Shown one piece after another: positions 52,102 to 64,000 of a stretch of 64,000 nt of DNA. Within the stretch, counting starts at the first letter, position 1. Each line of letters opens with the position of its first letter. The stretch lies in assembly GCF_964355755.1 (NCBI RefSeq), contig NC_092677.1, positions 24,911,175-24,975,174 on the forward strand. Direction: 5' to 3'. The position numbers and the translations under genes were made by a program. The notes below the pieces were generated by a model. It was not told the DNA's origin. It saw only the letters and a list, made by a program, of their open reading frames with translations, and made no database searches. Origin of the DNA: Antedon mediterranea (lineage: Eukaryota > Animalia > Echinodermata).

Positions 52102-53956
52102 TTACTTCAGGAGTGTCATTTCCAAATTTGAAGGACACATGCAAGTTGTTTTAGGAGTTGGCTCTATTGATATGGTGTATATACTGTATATGGCAACATG
52201 TCAAGTGCAAAGTAAGTTGGTATTTCACGAATAATTTATGCAAATGATTGAGGAAAGTATGAACACTATCGACTCAATCCAACCTTAAAACCTGTTGAAA
52301 TTACCACGACATCGGATCCAAGAGACCGTAACAAGCGTCACCTCTCAAAACCTTTCAATTAAAACGATCCATTCGCCTTCTATTCATTGGAATCCATTTA
52401 ATAACATTAATGCTAATTCCGTGAATATTGCCAATTCATGCCCAATGGGAACTCTCTTAATGTCGCAAACCAACATCTTCAATTCCCAACAGATTCCGCA
52501 ATCCAATCATTTCTAAAATGTATCCTCAGATACAAACTCCCTAAAGCGACCAAAATCCAATAACTTCTTAGATAATCCAGCTAAGAAAACTCCCTGAAGA
52601 TTGTTCTAGTCAATAATGGCCAAGGCGATCGGGCTGGGTAATCTTGGAAGCTCATAACAGCTTATGAAATGTTTCAACAAAGATTAAATTAAGTGACAAT
52701 AATTATAATTTATACGCAGAATTTGAATCTAAATTTATCGTATTGAATTGTTCTAACATTTTTTAGGGTTTTGCTCATCAATTGAAACATTTAAACAAAG
52801 ATAGACAATGTATTTTATTTTGGACATTTTATCATAAACCGGATAAATTTTTCTTGCAAGGAAGAAAATTTCATTTAACGTAGACATTTTTACATATCTT
52901 TGATGAACATTAGGCGCACATCAAAACAACTTTATTTAGCACGTTTAGGTCAGAGGTTATTCCAAGAACTCATCAATATATATACCATGATTGTTCTTTA
53001 ATATTTCAATTGATTATCTTTAAATCCATGTGTCTTTACCACACCTCACAAACACATTTCAAACATTCTTTTACTCCTATTTGTCTTAAAATCAAACAGC
53101 TACCTACTCAGGGGACACCGTTATTAAAAGGACACTTTCCTGTGAAACGAATGAGGGGTTGTGATACAACAACATTCTGTGAATAGCCAATTTAACGTTA
53201 ATCAAGTTCCTATAACACTCATAAACGTTGTATTGTGGAAAAAGAAAATCGTAGAATATCACAAAGTTTACAGAAATGAAAAATATAATAATTAATTTAA
53301 AAAATGCTTTGTTATTGACAACCTATTGAAATACTAATCTGGTAAAGCACTTATGTAAATTAAAATCAATAGTTCAAAGTTCAAGTAGTCTTCTTTATGA
53401 TGAATCAAAATTACATAATTGTTAACATTTTTCTATATTTGAAAACAGTTAGAAAATTATTCTTGTGCGATAGCGATTTAGTTGGTTCTTAAAGCAGGTA
53501 GGCCTACAGTATACTATACGTGGATCACCCAACTCATCTTGGTGAATAGTTTAATATCTAGTTGACCTTATAATAGACAGTTAAATTTAATACTATGACA
53601 TTCCTATTAATATTAAATTATTCTATCTCTATCTCAGCTGGTTTCTGACAGACCACTTTACTTTTCTCATTCCCAGTATAATCTAGGCACACAATACATT
53701 GTAAAGAGCTATTACACTGGGATCTCAGTGGGATAATTATATGGTGTATGTTTTAACCCTATGTATGTAAATACACTAATACCACACACAGATGGAAGGT
53801 AATATGGTACAATTACACTATAAAAATTGCTGGTTTTTACATTTTACACTATAGTATAGGAGGTGTTGTACCTTTGCAATTGAAGGATATTTATAAAAAC
53901 TATAATTTATAAACATATTTTAGAGAAAATTAGCTCAATGATATCGCTGAGGACTG

Positions 53957-54371
53957 TTGCACATCACACCAGTACTTCGGAACTTGCATTGGCTGCCCGT
54001 TCAATTCCGTATTAAATTCAAACTGCTTCGCATTACACACAAAGCTCTAAATGGACTTGCACCTCAGGATATTGCAGATCTTCTTGTTCTTTACACTTCG
54101 TTTCGTACACTGCGTTCATCTAACAAACTTCTCTTTCATGTTCCTAAATGGAAACTTCAGACATATGGCCATTGTGCATTTTCCTGTGCAGCACCCATTT
54201 TGTGGAATAAACTGCCAATCGACATAAAGGCATCTGAAAACATCAACACTTTCAAAACACGACTTAAAACCCATTTTTACACAGAGGAATTTCCTGCTTA
54301 ACTATGTCAAGCGCCTTTGAACATTATGGATACTGGCGCTATATAAATTTGATTGATTGATTGATTGATTG
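53957..54371 (+). mobile_element. L2-clade LINE, 5'-truncated; ORF2 C-terminus plus 3' tail
   Basis: HITPVLRNLHWLPVQFRIKFK...LAP...AFSCAAPILWNKLP...FKTRLKTH, then the AAGCGCCTTTGA...GGCGCTATATAAAT tail and (TTGA)n. Confidence 0.93.
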
Positions 54372-56190
54372 CTAAAACCGAAGGTTTGCAAATGAGCACT
54401 ATGTAAATGTGAAGGTTGACTGTATATTATTATTAGGTAAACTATTGTACCATCGCTGTGTTTTCGCAGCCAAAAATTCAAAGATAAAAATTAACTGATA
54501 AACTGCCTGTGAAAAACGGGGTTTAACTGATTGTACTCGAGAAAAATTAACCGATAATAACCTCATTCAAATCAGATAATTATTGGATAAATGCGAAAAC
54601 ATGTCCCATGATAATACTACAGTAATAAAACACAGCAGGTTTTGACTTTCAAAAATTGCGAACATTTAGTCATCAGCAGATAAAAAATGGAAACTTTGAA
54701 AAGAAACATTAGAGTCAGTAGCAGTATAGTATGTAGATTATTTAACCTTTGGGTATAATTTTAATTTGCTTGATTAATCCACCTTTTTATTTTTGACTAG
54801 TAACCAAGTTTACGAGCAAAATCATCCTATGATGTTGACAGGTATAGTATTAAATGCCTTATGGCGACATATTTTAATTTGTAAATTGAGGAAAAAAGAA
54901 ATTGTCATCTGTATATCTGATATCATGAATGTATTATAGTCAGACTGTCAAATGACTATGAAATGCATATTTATTTAATATTCATTAGTTCAATTTAATT
55001 ATTTATTACAGGGTATTGTAATGAAATGATGATTTAAACAGAAAGTGTTTATATCATATTTAAACAAATTAATATTATGTATAGTAGGGCCTAATTCTTC
55101 TTCACCAATATATTAAAATAAGTGTACTGTACATATCCATATACAGTATGTGTATATAAATATAAACAAGAAATATTTTTTACAAAAAATACCGCTCATC
55201 TGACGATAACTACCGTTACACATGCATATCCATATTTATCAGCAAATGTTTTCGTAAATTATTTTTCCCAGACGTTCGTTGGTGTGTGCACATGCCTAGT
55301 CCAAGTTTCCAAATACCTATTTTTTAACTGCAGTAAAGTATAAGCTACCGCATGGTAGGTAATGCTACCTGTTTCCAAATGCTTCCGTTCTCTCGAATAC
55401 TACTGCCTAAAGGAGCAGCGCAAAAACATATTTCAGATATAAAATAAATTTGGTTGATTTACTGACTTATGCCCTAACTACTGTACCACAGCTCAACGGT
55501 CAGTTGGTCAGTTGGCTTGATTCAGCTGTCCTTTAATAATACATGGTCTTGTTTACATATGATACATGTGTGGCTTTTAGGATGTACACAATTTCATAAC
55601 AGGCCCATGTCTAAATCATTTAGTATAGAATTGCCTTATTACTCCACCCTATCTTCTTTATGATTATTTTTATTTATTATTTTATTTTTATTTGAATAAG
55701 TTTTTTCACAAAGCAAAGAATACTACTGACCTGAGACTTTACTACAATTGACATCACGTCAAAAACATGATTCACAAAAATGACTCATAGAACAGAATTT
55801 AATTTGTCATCGAATTTAGGTTTAAATGTAAATTATGTGACATGTGTTAAATGCAAAGAGTAGTGCGGTTAACAGTTAACAACCAGAACTCAGTTAACCC
55901 AGTTACAGTAAAATTTATGATACATAGGAATTACCATCTGAATTGTCAGGTTGGTAAACAGGTAAACCGGTAAATGATGGTAAAATACTATAAAAGTTTC
56001 AGTTAGGTAGGTAATCAAGAGAGTTAACTAGGTTAATGCAGCAATTTCACTAATAATGGTGAAGCTTCAGACAGTTAACCATACTGGTACTCAATGTTCT
56101 TAAAGATTATCAATCAGTTAAGCGGGTTATCATCAAAGTTAACCAGATTAATGTGATATCACATGGTCATAAAACCAAAGACAGTATAAT

Positions 56191-56376
56191 TTTAAAATCA
56201 AATTTTCGTTTCTAGTGAAGGACAAATTAACGGTAAACTTACCAACGTTTCGTGCGTTAGCATCGCACTTTTTCAAAGTACGATAAACGCACGAAACGTT
56301 AATTTGTCCTTCACTAGAAACAAAAATTTTATTTTAAAAATATTTTTGGGAAGGAGATGAATTTATTCAATTTATC
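56191..56376. mobile_element. Penelope-like fold-back insertion with hammerhead variant; 13-bp TSD
   Basis: TSD AAGACAGTATAAT at 56178-56190 and 56377-56389. Inverted duplication spans 56191-56339. Minus strand reads TTGAAAA-A-GTGCG-atgctaa-CGCAC-GAAACGTT. Confidence 0.7.
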
Positions 56377-56650
56377 AAGACAGTATAATACACAATATTA
56401 TGATGCTTTTATGACAACTTCAGATAACCAAGTTTATAGCTATAAGCACTTTTCTGACTGCCGTAGATAGATATAACCTTTGAAATTATCTTGCTAGTAA
56501 TAACTCGTCGATATAATCATCTTCATGGCGCATTAGGTCTATGATTGCTCTAGGGCTCTGTAATCGACATCTATCACAACGATAATTACTCTATACTTTT
56601 TATCTTGGGATTAACAATATTTTCAAAGGAGAGTTTTTTTTATCATCTAA

Positions 56651-56812
56651 AGCTCTGTCTACACTATCAAACTAGTTTCGATAAAAAAAAGTGTGATGTG
56701 CCCAAATAGGGTAGTGATATGCCCAAATAGGGTAGTGATATGATATCATCATGTCCATATATGGGCACATCACTTTTTTTTTCACATAAAGTTTGATAGT
56801 GTAGACAGAGCT
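56651..56812 (+). mobile_element. MITE family A, best-preserved copy
   Basis: Perfect 23-bp TIR AGCTCTGTCTACACTATCAAACT / AGTTTGATAGTGTAGACAGAGCT. Confidence 0.92.
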
Positions 56813-57421
56813 ATTCTTATTATGTTTATAGAACTATTGTTAAAATAGATTACTATGAAACTGTAGGTCCAGTACAGCATACTTATGCATTTTATTTCAA
56901 AAGGTATAGGTTCAAATCATATACGAGATCATTTTCTGACAAGTCAAATATTTGAGAATGTTCAAATATGAACCAATTTTTGTACAGTTTGGAGTAACAG
57001 ACCACAAAACTTAGAATTAAAATGACAGAAAATTGTAAGAAAAAAATAAGAAAAGAAAATTTCAATATCCAATGAATAATTACTAAATAATAACTATATA
57101 CTTTACTTGGTATACATTGCTAGTAATAAGATACACATATAAAGCTGCTATAATATGCATTTTATTCAACAGCTTAACAATATTAGCATTATACATTAAG
57201 TGGTTTTCTATTGACAAGTATCAGGAACAACTTGGACAAGGTTTTAACTATTCTTGGTAAATTGTTTAAAACAGCACTTAAACCAAATACCAAGTGTCCA
57301 TTGTTCAGTTGTAATGGATAGAGTATAAATAGCGAACAATAGACAAATGAACTTTAATATGTTGACAACAGTCTAGAAGCACTGCTTAACATGTTTACCT
57401 ACAGTATATAGAAAAAGACTG

Positions 57422-57502
57422 TTTCTGCTGCCACATAAATTCCGTATTCAATATGGTATTTTCTAAATACCATATTATACAGTATATTTTTGGCAGCAGA
57501 AA
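57422..57502. repeat. ~80-nt fold-back palindrome
   Basis: Outer arms TTTCTGCTGCCA/TGGCAGCAGAAA and inner arms AATATGGTATTT/AAATACCATATT around a 3-nt loop. Confidence 0.8.
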
Positions 57503-58894
57503 TGGTGCTCACAAAAATATACCTTATAAAAAATATATTGTATTTTGACCTCAATTTCCTGAATATTTAAAATGCTGCAAAAATGTACAAATATTTAAAA
57601 ATAAGCTTATAGAATTATTAGAGTTATTTTTACTTTCTAATTTTTCTCATGACAAATTCTATTTTCTCTATGTATTCACTCAGTATACAGTACAGTTTAC
57701 CACAACAGTTTGTCATGTATACCATATGTATATATTCCCTGTATATTTTAAACTACTACAGATGTACATTCATGTAAAACACAAATCCTTATTTTTTTGG
57801 TAAATAAGATTATAATATTTAAAAAAAACTACATTGTACATATTTTTTTCCCTTTTATCTTGTTTGTAAAGAATTAGCTTGTTAATTTTTGGTCTTCTCT
57901 CCTCATTACCTTTTTTTACTGTTAAACTATTATTTTGTAAACCAATTTTTAAATTGTTTTGTTAAAGCAATCTGGGGTCCCTATCACACAAACCTCCTGG
58001 TTTCCTAAGACCCCATTTCATCATTTTCTCGAATCATTGTAAATACTCCTATTTTATTTGTGATTTGATGAATAAAATGTACTGTATTTGTATTTGTAAT
58101 ACTAATATGCACAAACTAAAAATAGCTAAAGAAAAATAATGTACAGTATACATACATTATGGTTTTTTTTAATTCAATTATCATAGAGAGATATATATCA
58201 TATTCTTAATAATTTTTAGTAATAAACAAAATATTATATAACCAGTATACATTGTGAAATGTTGTTTCACAATGACTGTCATCGCGACCAGTCGATGGAA
58301 TTGATTGAAAAAAAAATGAATACACATTTTAAAAATAAAATACTAATTTATTGTTTTACCGATACATTCCAATTCAAATTAATATTTATTTCTTCAAAAT
58401 CAAATGAAATGAAAGAAAAGTCTAAAAATGAATTTAGCAGCAAAGACGAAAAAATGATAAAGCCATAAACATTTATAATAAAACATAAATATTAATATAA
58501 AAATTGTGTTTATTTAAGTTTATTTTTAACATCACAGACCATATTTTATGTTATTGATTAACTAAAATATGAGGGGCTTAAGGCCTTGCCACAAGGTACC
58601 CACAAAACTCATCAGCGCCATGTTTGCATTTAACCGTTCAAAGTTGTGTGGGTGTAGGATCAGTTTTGAGTTTCAATTCCGGTATATCAACTATGTTGAT
58701 AACTTGAACTTTGCTCTTAAAAACAGCTAATTGTGTTTATTGATATGTGGTAGCAGAGGGCAACGATTACAAATTTTTATCAAGATAAAAATGTAACTGA
58801 AAACAAAGTCACACATGCATTAACTATGTCATACTTTATAATAATACGATTAAATAAAAATGATACCGCATTTTGAATTTTGATTTTTCTGCCA

Positions 58895-59248
58895 ATTCAA
58901 GATTCAAGATTCAAGAAATTTTATTTTTCCATAAAAATGGAAATTCACTTTGCTTGGTAGATTAAAACAACAATAAAAAACAAACAAAAAATGTTGCAAC
59001 AATTTAAAACGTGCAGTATTATAACAGATTAAAATACAAGATAAAAAGTTAAAAATTAAAAAAAAACTGTTTAAAATGTAAAACTATTTAAAAATTGCAT
59101 TATCGTCTTACATTAGAATTAAAAATATGAACGCTATTTACAACGAAGGATTTTCTAGTTCTACAAAGATTTGCTCTTGGAGGTCGTAGCCTAATACGGT
59201 ACCTGATCTATTTAAGTTATAACAGTAATGTAACGGATGAGTGGGGCA
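58895..59248 (-). mobile_element. Rex1/Babar-like LINE 3' remnant
   Basis: Minus strand P.HPLH...NRSG...RTRKSFV (frameshifted), ending in (CTTGAAT)3. Confidence 0.5.
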
Positions 59249-59264
59249 ACTAAATTGTTATTAA

Positions 59265-59423
59265 AGCTCTGTCTACACTATCAAACTAGTTTGACAAAAA
59301 ACGTGTAATGTGCCCAAATATGGTAGTGATATGCTTAAATATGGTAGCAATATATAATTATCATGTCCATATATAGGCATCACATTTTGTTGTCACATAA
59401 AGTTTGATAATGTAGAGAGAGTT
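59265..59423 (+). mobile_element. MITE family A
   Basis: TAA|AGCTCTGTCTACACTATCAAACTAG...AAGTTTGATAATGTAGAGAGAGTT. Confidence 0.88.
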
Positions 59424-60118
59424 TAGAGTCTCAAAAAACATATTTCTCTTTTAAATTAGTAGATTAAAAACTAAATACAAGATCTGAAGAAAATACAGGT
59501 TTTTCTTTGCATGTTATAATTTTGAATGCAATCATATTTACCACTTCTACCATTTTAAAAATCAATACTTAATTTAACATCGCAAGACCTGTGCACACTT
59601 CCTTAGCCACCATATCCCAAATCAAAACAAGAAATTACGGGTTGCAATTAAATTTAAACCACTCAACTTGTTTCCAAGTCAGCTTCAGTGCATTAATCGA
59701 ACAGTTCACTGAAATGCATAATCATTACCGAATCGACACAACACATAAACTATTTATACAAGTTTGTTAATCACGATGGTGGATCAAACGAACGGAGTAG
59801 TATTATGAAGACTGAGGAATGAACGAGTGAACTATGTCAGGGTGAATGCATTGAAGGAATTTCTTTCATGACTTTCTTCTCGTTTACATCTCAGTGGACT
59901 AATTAGAAAGCAGAACAATGAATAGAACTGTTTTGTTTGTGATTAGCGCAGGTAATGATGCTGAATTTAAGTAACGATATGATTTATTATTATTTTATTC
60001 CACAATAGAATGAAAATATCAGTGTAGTATTAGCAATTCATTTTTCTGTGCCAATTATACTTTTCATAAAAAAATGCAGAAAATCTTTTTAAAACAATTT
60101 TCACCACTGTTTACAATG

Positions 60119-60265
60119 CAGGGCCGTAGCCACCAGTACCGTCGGTAAGGTTTCAACCCGACTCCTTTTTTACAGAAGCCCTTGACAACCAAGTGGCTTG
60201 AACAGAGATTGTTCTTTCTTCTTTCAAAAAATAGGACCACTTTATTTCTCATGGCTACATCACTA
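60119..60265 (+). mobile_element. hAT-like MITE family H2, full length
   Basis: CAGGGCCGTAGCCA...TGGCTACATCACTA; TACAATG repeated at both ends. Confidence 0.7.
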
Positions 60266-61035
60266 CAATGGATGAAATGTGTAGGCTACCTCGCCTTCCT
60301 CTGTCTAGCACACCTACATACTATTTGTGACCAATAAAAGGAAGAGAACACTTTCAGTCTCTCACTTATTCATCAACATAAGTTCCATTTCTTTGTTTAA
60401 TGGAAATAATTCACCAGCTAATGTTCTAAGTTCATAACCTAAAGTTCAAACACACACAGTAGACTAAAGTGTCATAAAAAAATAATACACATTAAAATGC
60501 TTTCCGATAACATAATACCTACATTAACACATTAATAACACCTAAAATATATCTTAATTTTCAATATTTAATTCCTGTAAGAATTTAAAGTTTGCATAAA
60601 CACCTATAATTGTTAGAAAATAAATTAAATTTTCATAAGATTTTCACGTGTGGGATCGACATTTGTAGATGTCTTTGTTGGCTACCGATAGAATAACAAT
60701 TGAATGTGTTATAGTGTGAAAGAAAACACCATTGAGTTCACACAGTTTTAATGTGTATTAAAGGATTTTGAATATTGTAGACAGCAATCAGACAAAATAA
60801 CATGGAATTGAGTTGGCGTAGCTGATGGGTGTCAGCCTCAAAATTGCTGAGGTTGGAAGTTCGATTCCGATGTAGTTCATATTTTAGATTTTTATTACCA
60901 TTTTTTGACGTATACAATTAGTAATTTGTAGTTTCATTTCAAGGCAATTGGAACAAAACGGTAAAGAAAGTTCTACAGCTTGTTTCTTTTTTAATAATTG
61001 TACAAATCTTACATCTTATATAATTACTATGACAG

Positions 61036-61192
61036 TAGTGTCATAACGCATAGGGCAAAGGCCCCTGGTTTAGCACTCATAAGGGGCACTCCAACGCTGG
61101 GTAGTTGCATTGGACTGATCATGCTCTGCGGCCCCTTGAGTTCTAGGCCCCCTTGGTTTAGCCAATGACTGCTCATAGCCGTTACGCCACTG
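61036..61192 (-). mobile_element. hAT-like MITE family H1
   Basis: Perfect 8-bp TSD TATGACAG (61028-61035 and 61193-61200); ends TAGTGTCATAAC / GTTACGCCACTG. Confidence 0.88.
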
Positions 61193-61674
61193 TATGACAG
61201 CCTCCTACCCCAGTCATTTTTCCTCTTATTAAAACCTGCCACAGGCCCAATATTGATCGAAAGAAGTAGTCTGTAATTAATTGCATTTCTAGACTTTCAT
61301 TAGGAATAAATTCTTCATTCATATAGTATGTGTACTAGATCACTCCTGACCTACATATATTGAAGTTGTTATTTTCTCATTTGTAAGCTAATAATAAGAA
61401 CATACTTTACTATATTTACATTGGAATTTATCTGAATACAGTTATCAATACACTAATTGCCTGTCGGATTGAATCTCTGTTTCTCATTGTGTCATTTTTT
61501 ATTGCTAAATAAATACTAATAAAATTTGTAACAGAAATCTGGAATATTTGCTTCTGTTGTCGTAACACAAAGCATTTTGAAATCTGTCATAATGACTTTG
61601 ATATTAACGAGAATCTGTCAGTTGGGTGAATTTGAAGTTCCATGACAACGAATCAATACACTATATTAATACAC

Positions 61675-61753
61675 AAACAATAGATGACTAATTGACCTAC
61701 TAAGTTGCTGATAAAAACAATAGATGACTAATTGACTCACTAAGTTGCTGATA
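61675..61753. repeat. ~40-bp tandem duplication
   Basis: AAACAATAGATGACTAATTGAC...ACTAAGTTGCTGATAA x2. Confidence 0.9.
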
Positions 61754-61868
61754 ATTAGCATCCTGTTTCGGTGCTTTATGGTTTATCTCACCCATACTAT
61801 AAATTATCGAACAATTTCAACATTAAAAATTGTTTATTACCGTAATCATTCTCATTTCTCATAATTTA

Positions 61869-62037
61869 AGCCTTGTCTACACTTTCAAACTTTATGGCCT
61901 AAGAAAATGTGATGTGCCCAAATATGGATATGATGATGTCATATCACTACCATATTTAAGCATATCACTACCATATTTGGGAACATCACACTTTTTTGTC
62001 AAATTAGTTTTGATAGTATACAGACTTAGATAGAGCT
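61869..62037 (-). mobile_element. MITE family A
   Basis: Family internal sequence in reverse orientation, with both TIRs degenerate. Confidence 0.85.
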
Positions 62038-64000
62038 TTCAAAATGAAAAAAATCAAATATCGTTAAAACTTGAAATATAGACTCTATTTCAATTTGATT
62101 CTAAGATTTATGTCAAAAATATTTATTTATGTAATCAAATTTGGTATCATATAATGGTACCAAATTTGATGAACTTACGACCTAAGGATTGTCCTAATTC
62201 CAAGGCACATATCTCAAGAACCGTTAATTGGTGAAGTAAGAAAAATCTATACTGAAGACATGCAGGAAAGGTAAGCAAAAGAATTCATATGATTGGTGAA
62301 TTAATGTGGAATTAAATTGCCATCGTCACTGTTGCATGTAGAGTGATAACTAGGTCTATACACTTCACTAGGCAGAAGGTGGTTTGCCTGGTAAATTGAC
62401 AGTCACAATAAATATTTTCTACAATCTTTATTTCAATGATTACAGAAATCATTAAAAAAATGTTTTCATAATTTAATAAGAGTATACTTGATATTATTAT
62501 CTTGGGTATTACAGTAAAAAAAAACCAACTGTTTAAGAAATACTCACAGTACCACTACTGCTACTTACACTACATTAAAGTGTACTACGATAGCATGGAT
62601 GAATATATTATATTGTTTGAAAATTACAAAATCCTACAACAATATGGTTATAGGCACTACAGCTGGTAAACAGGGGCAAATCCAGCATGCAGCTAAATAT
62701 TCATAAATGAAAAAAATGATCTGTCAAAAATTATTTTATTTGAAAAAGACATGGCTGTTGTTGGTAATTGGTCATATTCACCAATATCTGATATTCCACC
62801 TAAAATCAATTAATATTATAAGTTAATAGAATCTATAAATTTAATTGTATTTCCTTTTAGCATGTGTCATAGGTTGCAACAAACAATCCTTGCAATATTC
62901 AGTAAACATTACATAACGTCGTACACAATTGGAATATCACTTGTTGTTCTGTTAGTCCTAACAATAGATTGTATGGAATCGTAAAATGTATTGTTAACGT
63001 CGTGTTATTACAGCTGTTAGTTCGAATTACAAGTCCTGAATCAGATGAGACATTGATGTTTTGTTTGCATTTACAGCGTCATTAATTATGGATAAATACT
63101 TCTTTGGTTAAAAAACACATGTCATTATCAGGAATCATCCTGATCTGGTTAAAAGCTTCAGGATTATGCGACGACGCTCAGGAAGATAATTCAAACGAGA
63201 AAAGACATTTACGACGACAAGTGCATCAAACTATTTAAGCTTTGAATTTCCATAAAAAATATAATTCTTTGCGAATGTAATTATTAAAGAAAAAGTGCGT
63301 TTATTGTGTAGGTCGCCGTGGTAACACTACAGTACATTCACCATACTCTTGTCACAAAAAGTACAAAATACATTATTTCACTTTTAGTGATTGACAGCCT
63401 GGTATTCTACAATTAATAAATTATAGATGGATCAATGTTAATCAAATTTTTATGAATATAAATATATTGTATAATAATATTGTATTAATTGTGTAAAAAT
63501 GCATTACAATTTGATTAGTATCAAGAACATTAAGTTTAGAGTGCTAGCACTTAAAGCAACTGTATATGAAATAATTTATAAAATCAATTTTTAATAGGTA
63601 GACAGAGAAAAGGCTACATGTACAAAATTAAACTGAAGAAAATTAAGGTACAGAATATTGTCTGTGTGTGCAAACGTTTCCAACTCTTCCGATTTCTCCA
63701 GGATTCGCTCGAAATTTCATCCAATCTTCTGAATATTAAAAAACATTTTCACCCACGTTTACTGTTTAAATTCTGTTTCTTAGAAGGCTATTTCTGTATT
63801 TTAATACATAATTACATCCGATTTGTTGCTAGAATACCAATTGTGTGAGGTATTATTTTGTGATTATTAAATGTCAAATCCGTTAAAATACGTCAAAACC
63901 GTTGTGTAAAGTCACATATTACATCACCATTGGGTGAAAGCATATAGTATAAAGTTGATCTTTCCTTTAATAAAGATGCCTTTCTAATATAATATACGTT

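Noticed and set aside
294-63848. Remaining 60-115 aa ORFs in the supplied track
   Set aside because: Low-complexity, AT-biased or repeat-derived (e.g. the YGHDDVISLPYLG peptides are MITE-A), with no recognisable domains.

Overview
AT-rich eukaryotic DNA with spliceosomal introns, probably from an invertebrate deuterostome (inferred from gene content and repeat types). Two genes are recognisable, both in the first 6.7 kb and arranged head-to-head with about 950 bp between start codons. One is the 5' part (exons 1-3) of an alanine aminotransferase (GPT/GPT2-like, minus strand), with two in-frame ATGs and a possible mitochondrial presequence. The other is a complete 5-exon UPF0547/C16orf87 homologue (plus strand, 171 aa). 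The remaining ~57 kb has no intact recognisable gene. It holds many non-autonomous DNA transposons (an 11-copy PIF/Harbinger-like MITE, plus hAT-, Kolobok-, pogo- and Ginger-like elements), tRNA-derived SINEs, L2 and Rex1-like LINE ends, a probable solo LTR, Penelope-like hammerhead remnants and minisatellites. The most notable observations are: a chain of minus-strand exon-like segments at 33.8-37.3 kb (unidentified decayed gene or spliced lncRNA/microprotein); possible ancient GPT2-C16orf87 divergent microsynteny; a nested Ginger-like TIR element just after the C16orf87 stop; and a strong excess of TA-flanked footprint-like words. All coordinates and counts were read by eye, with no database searches.
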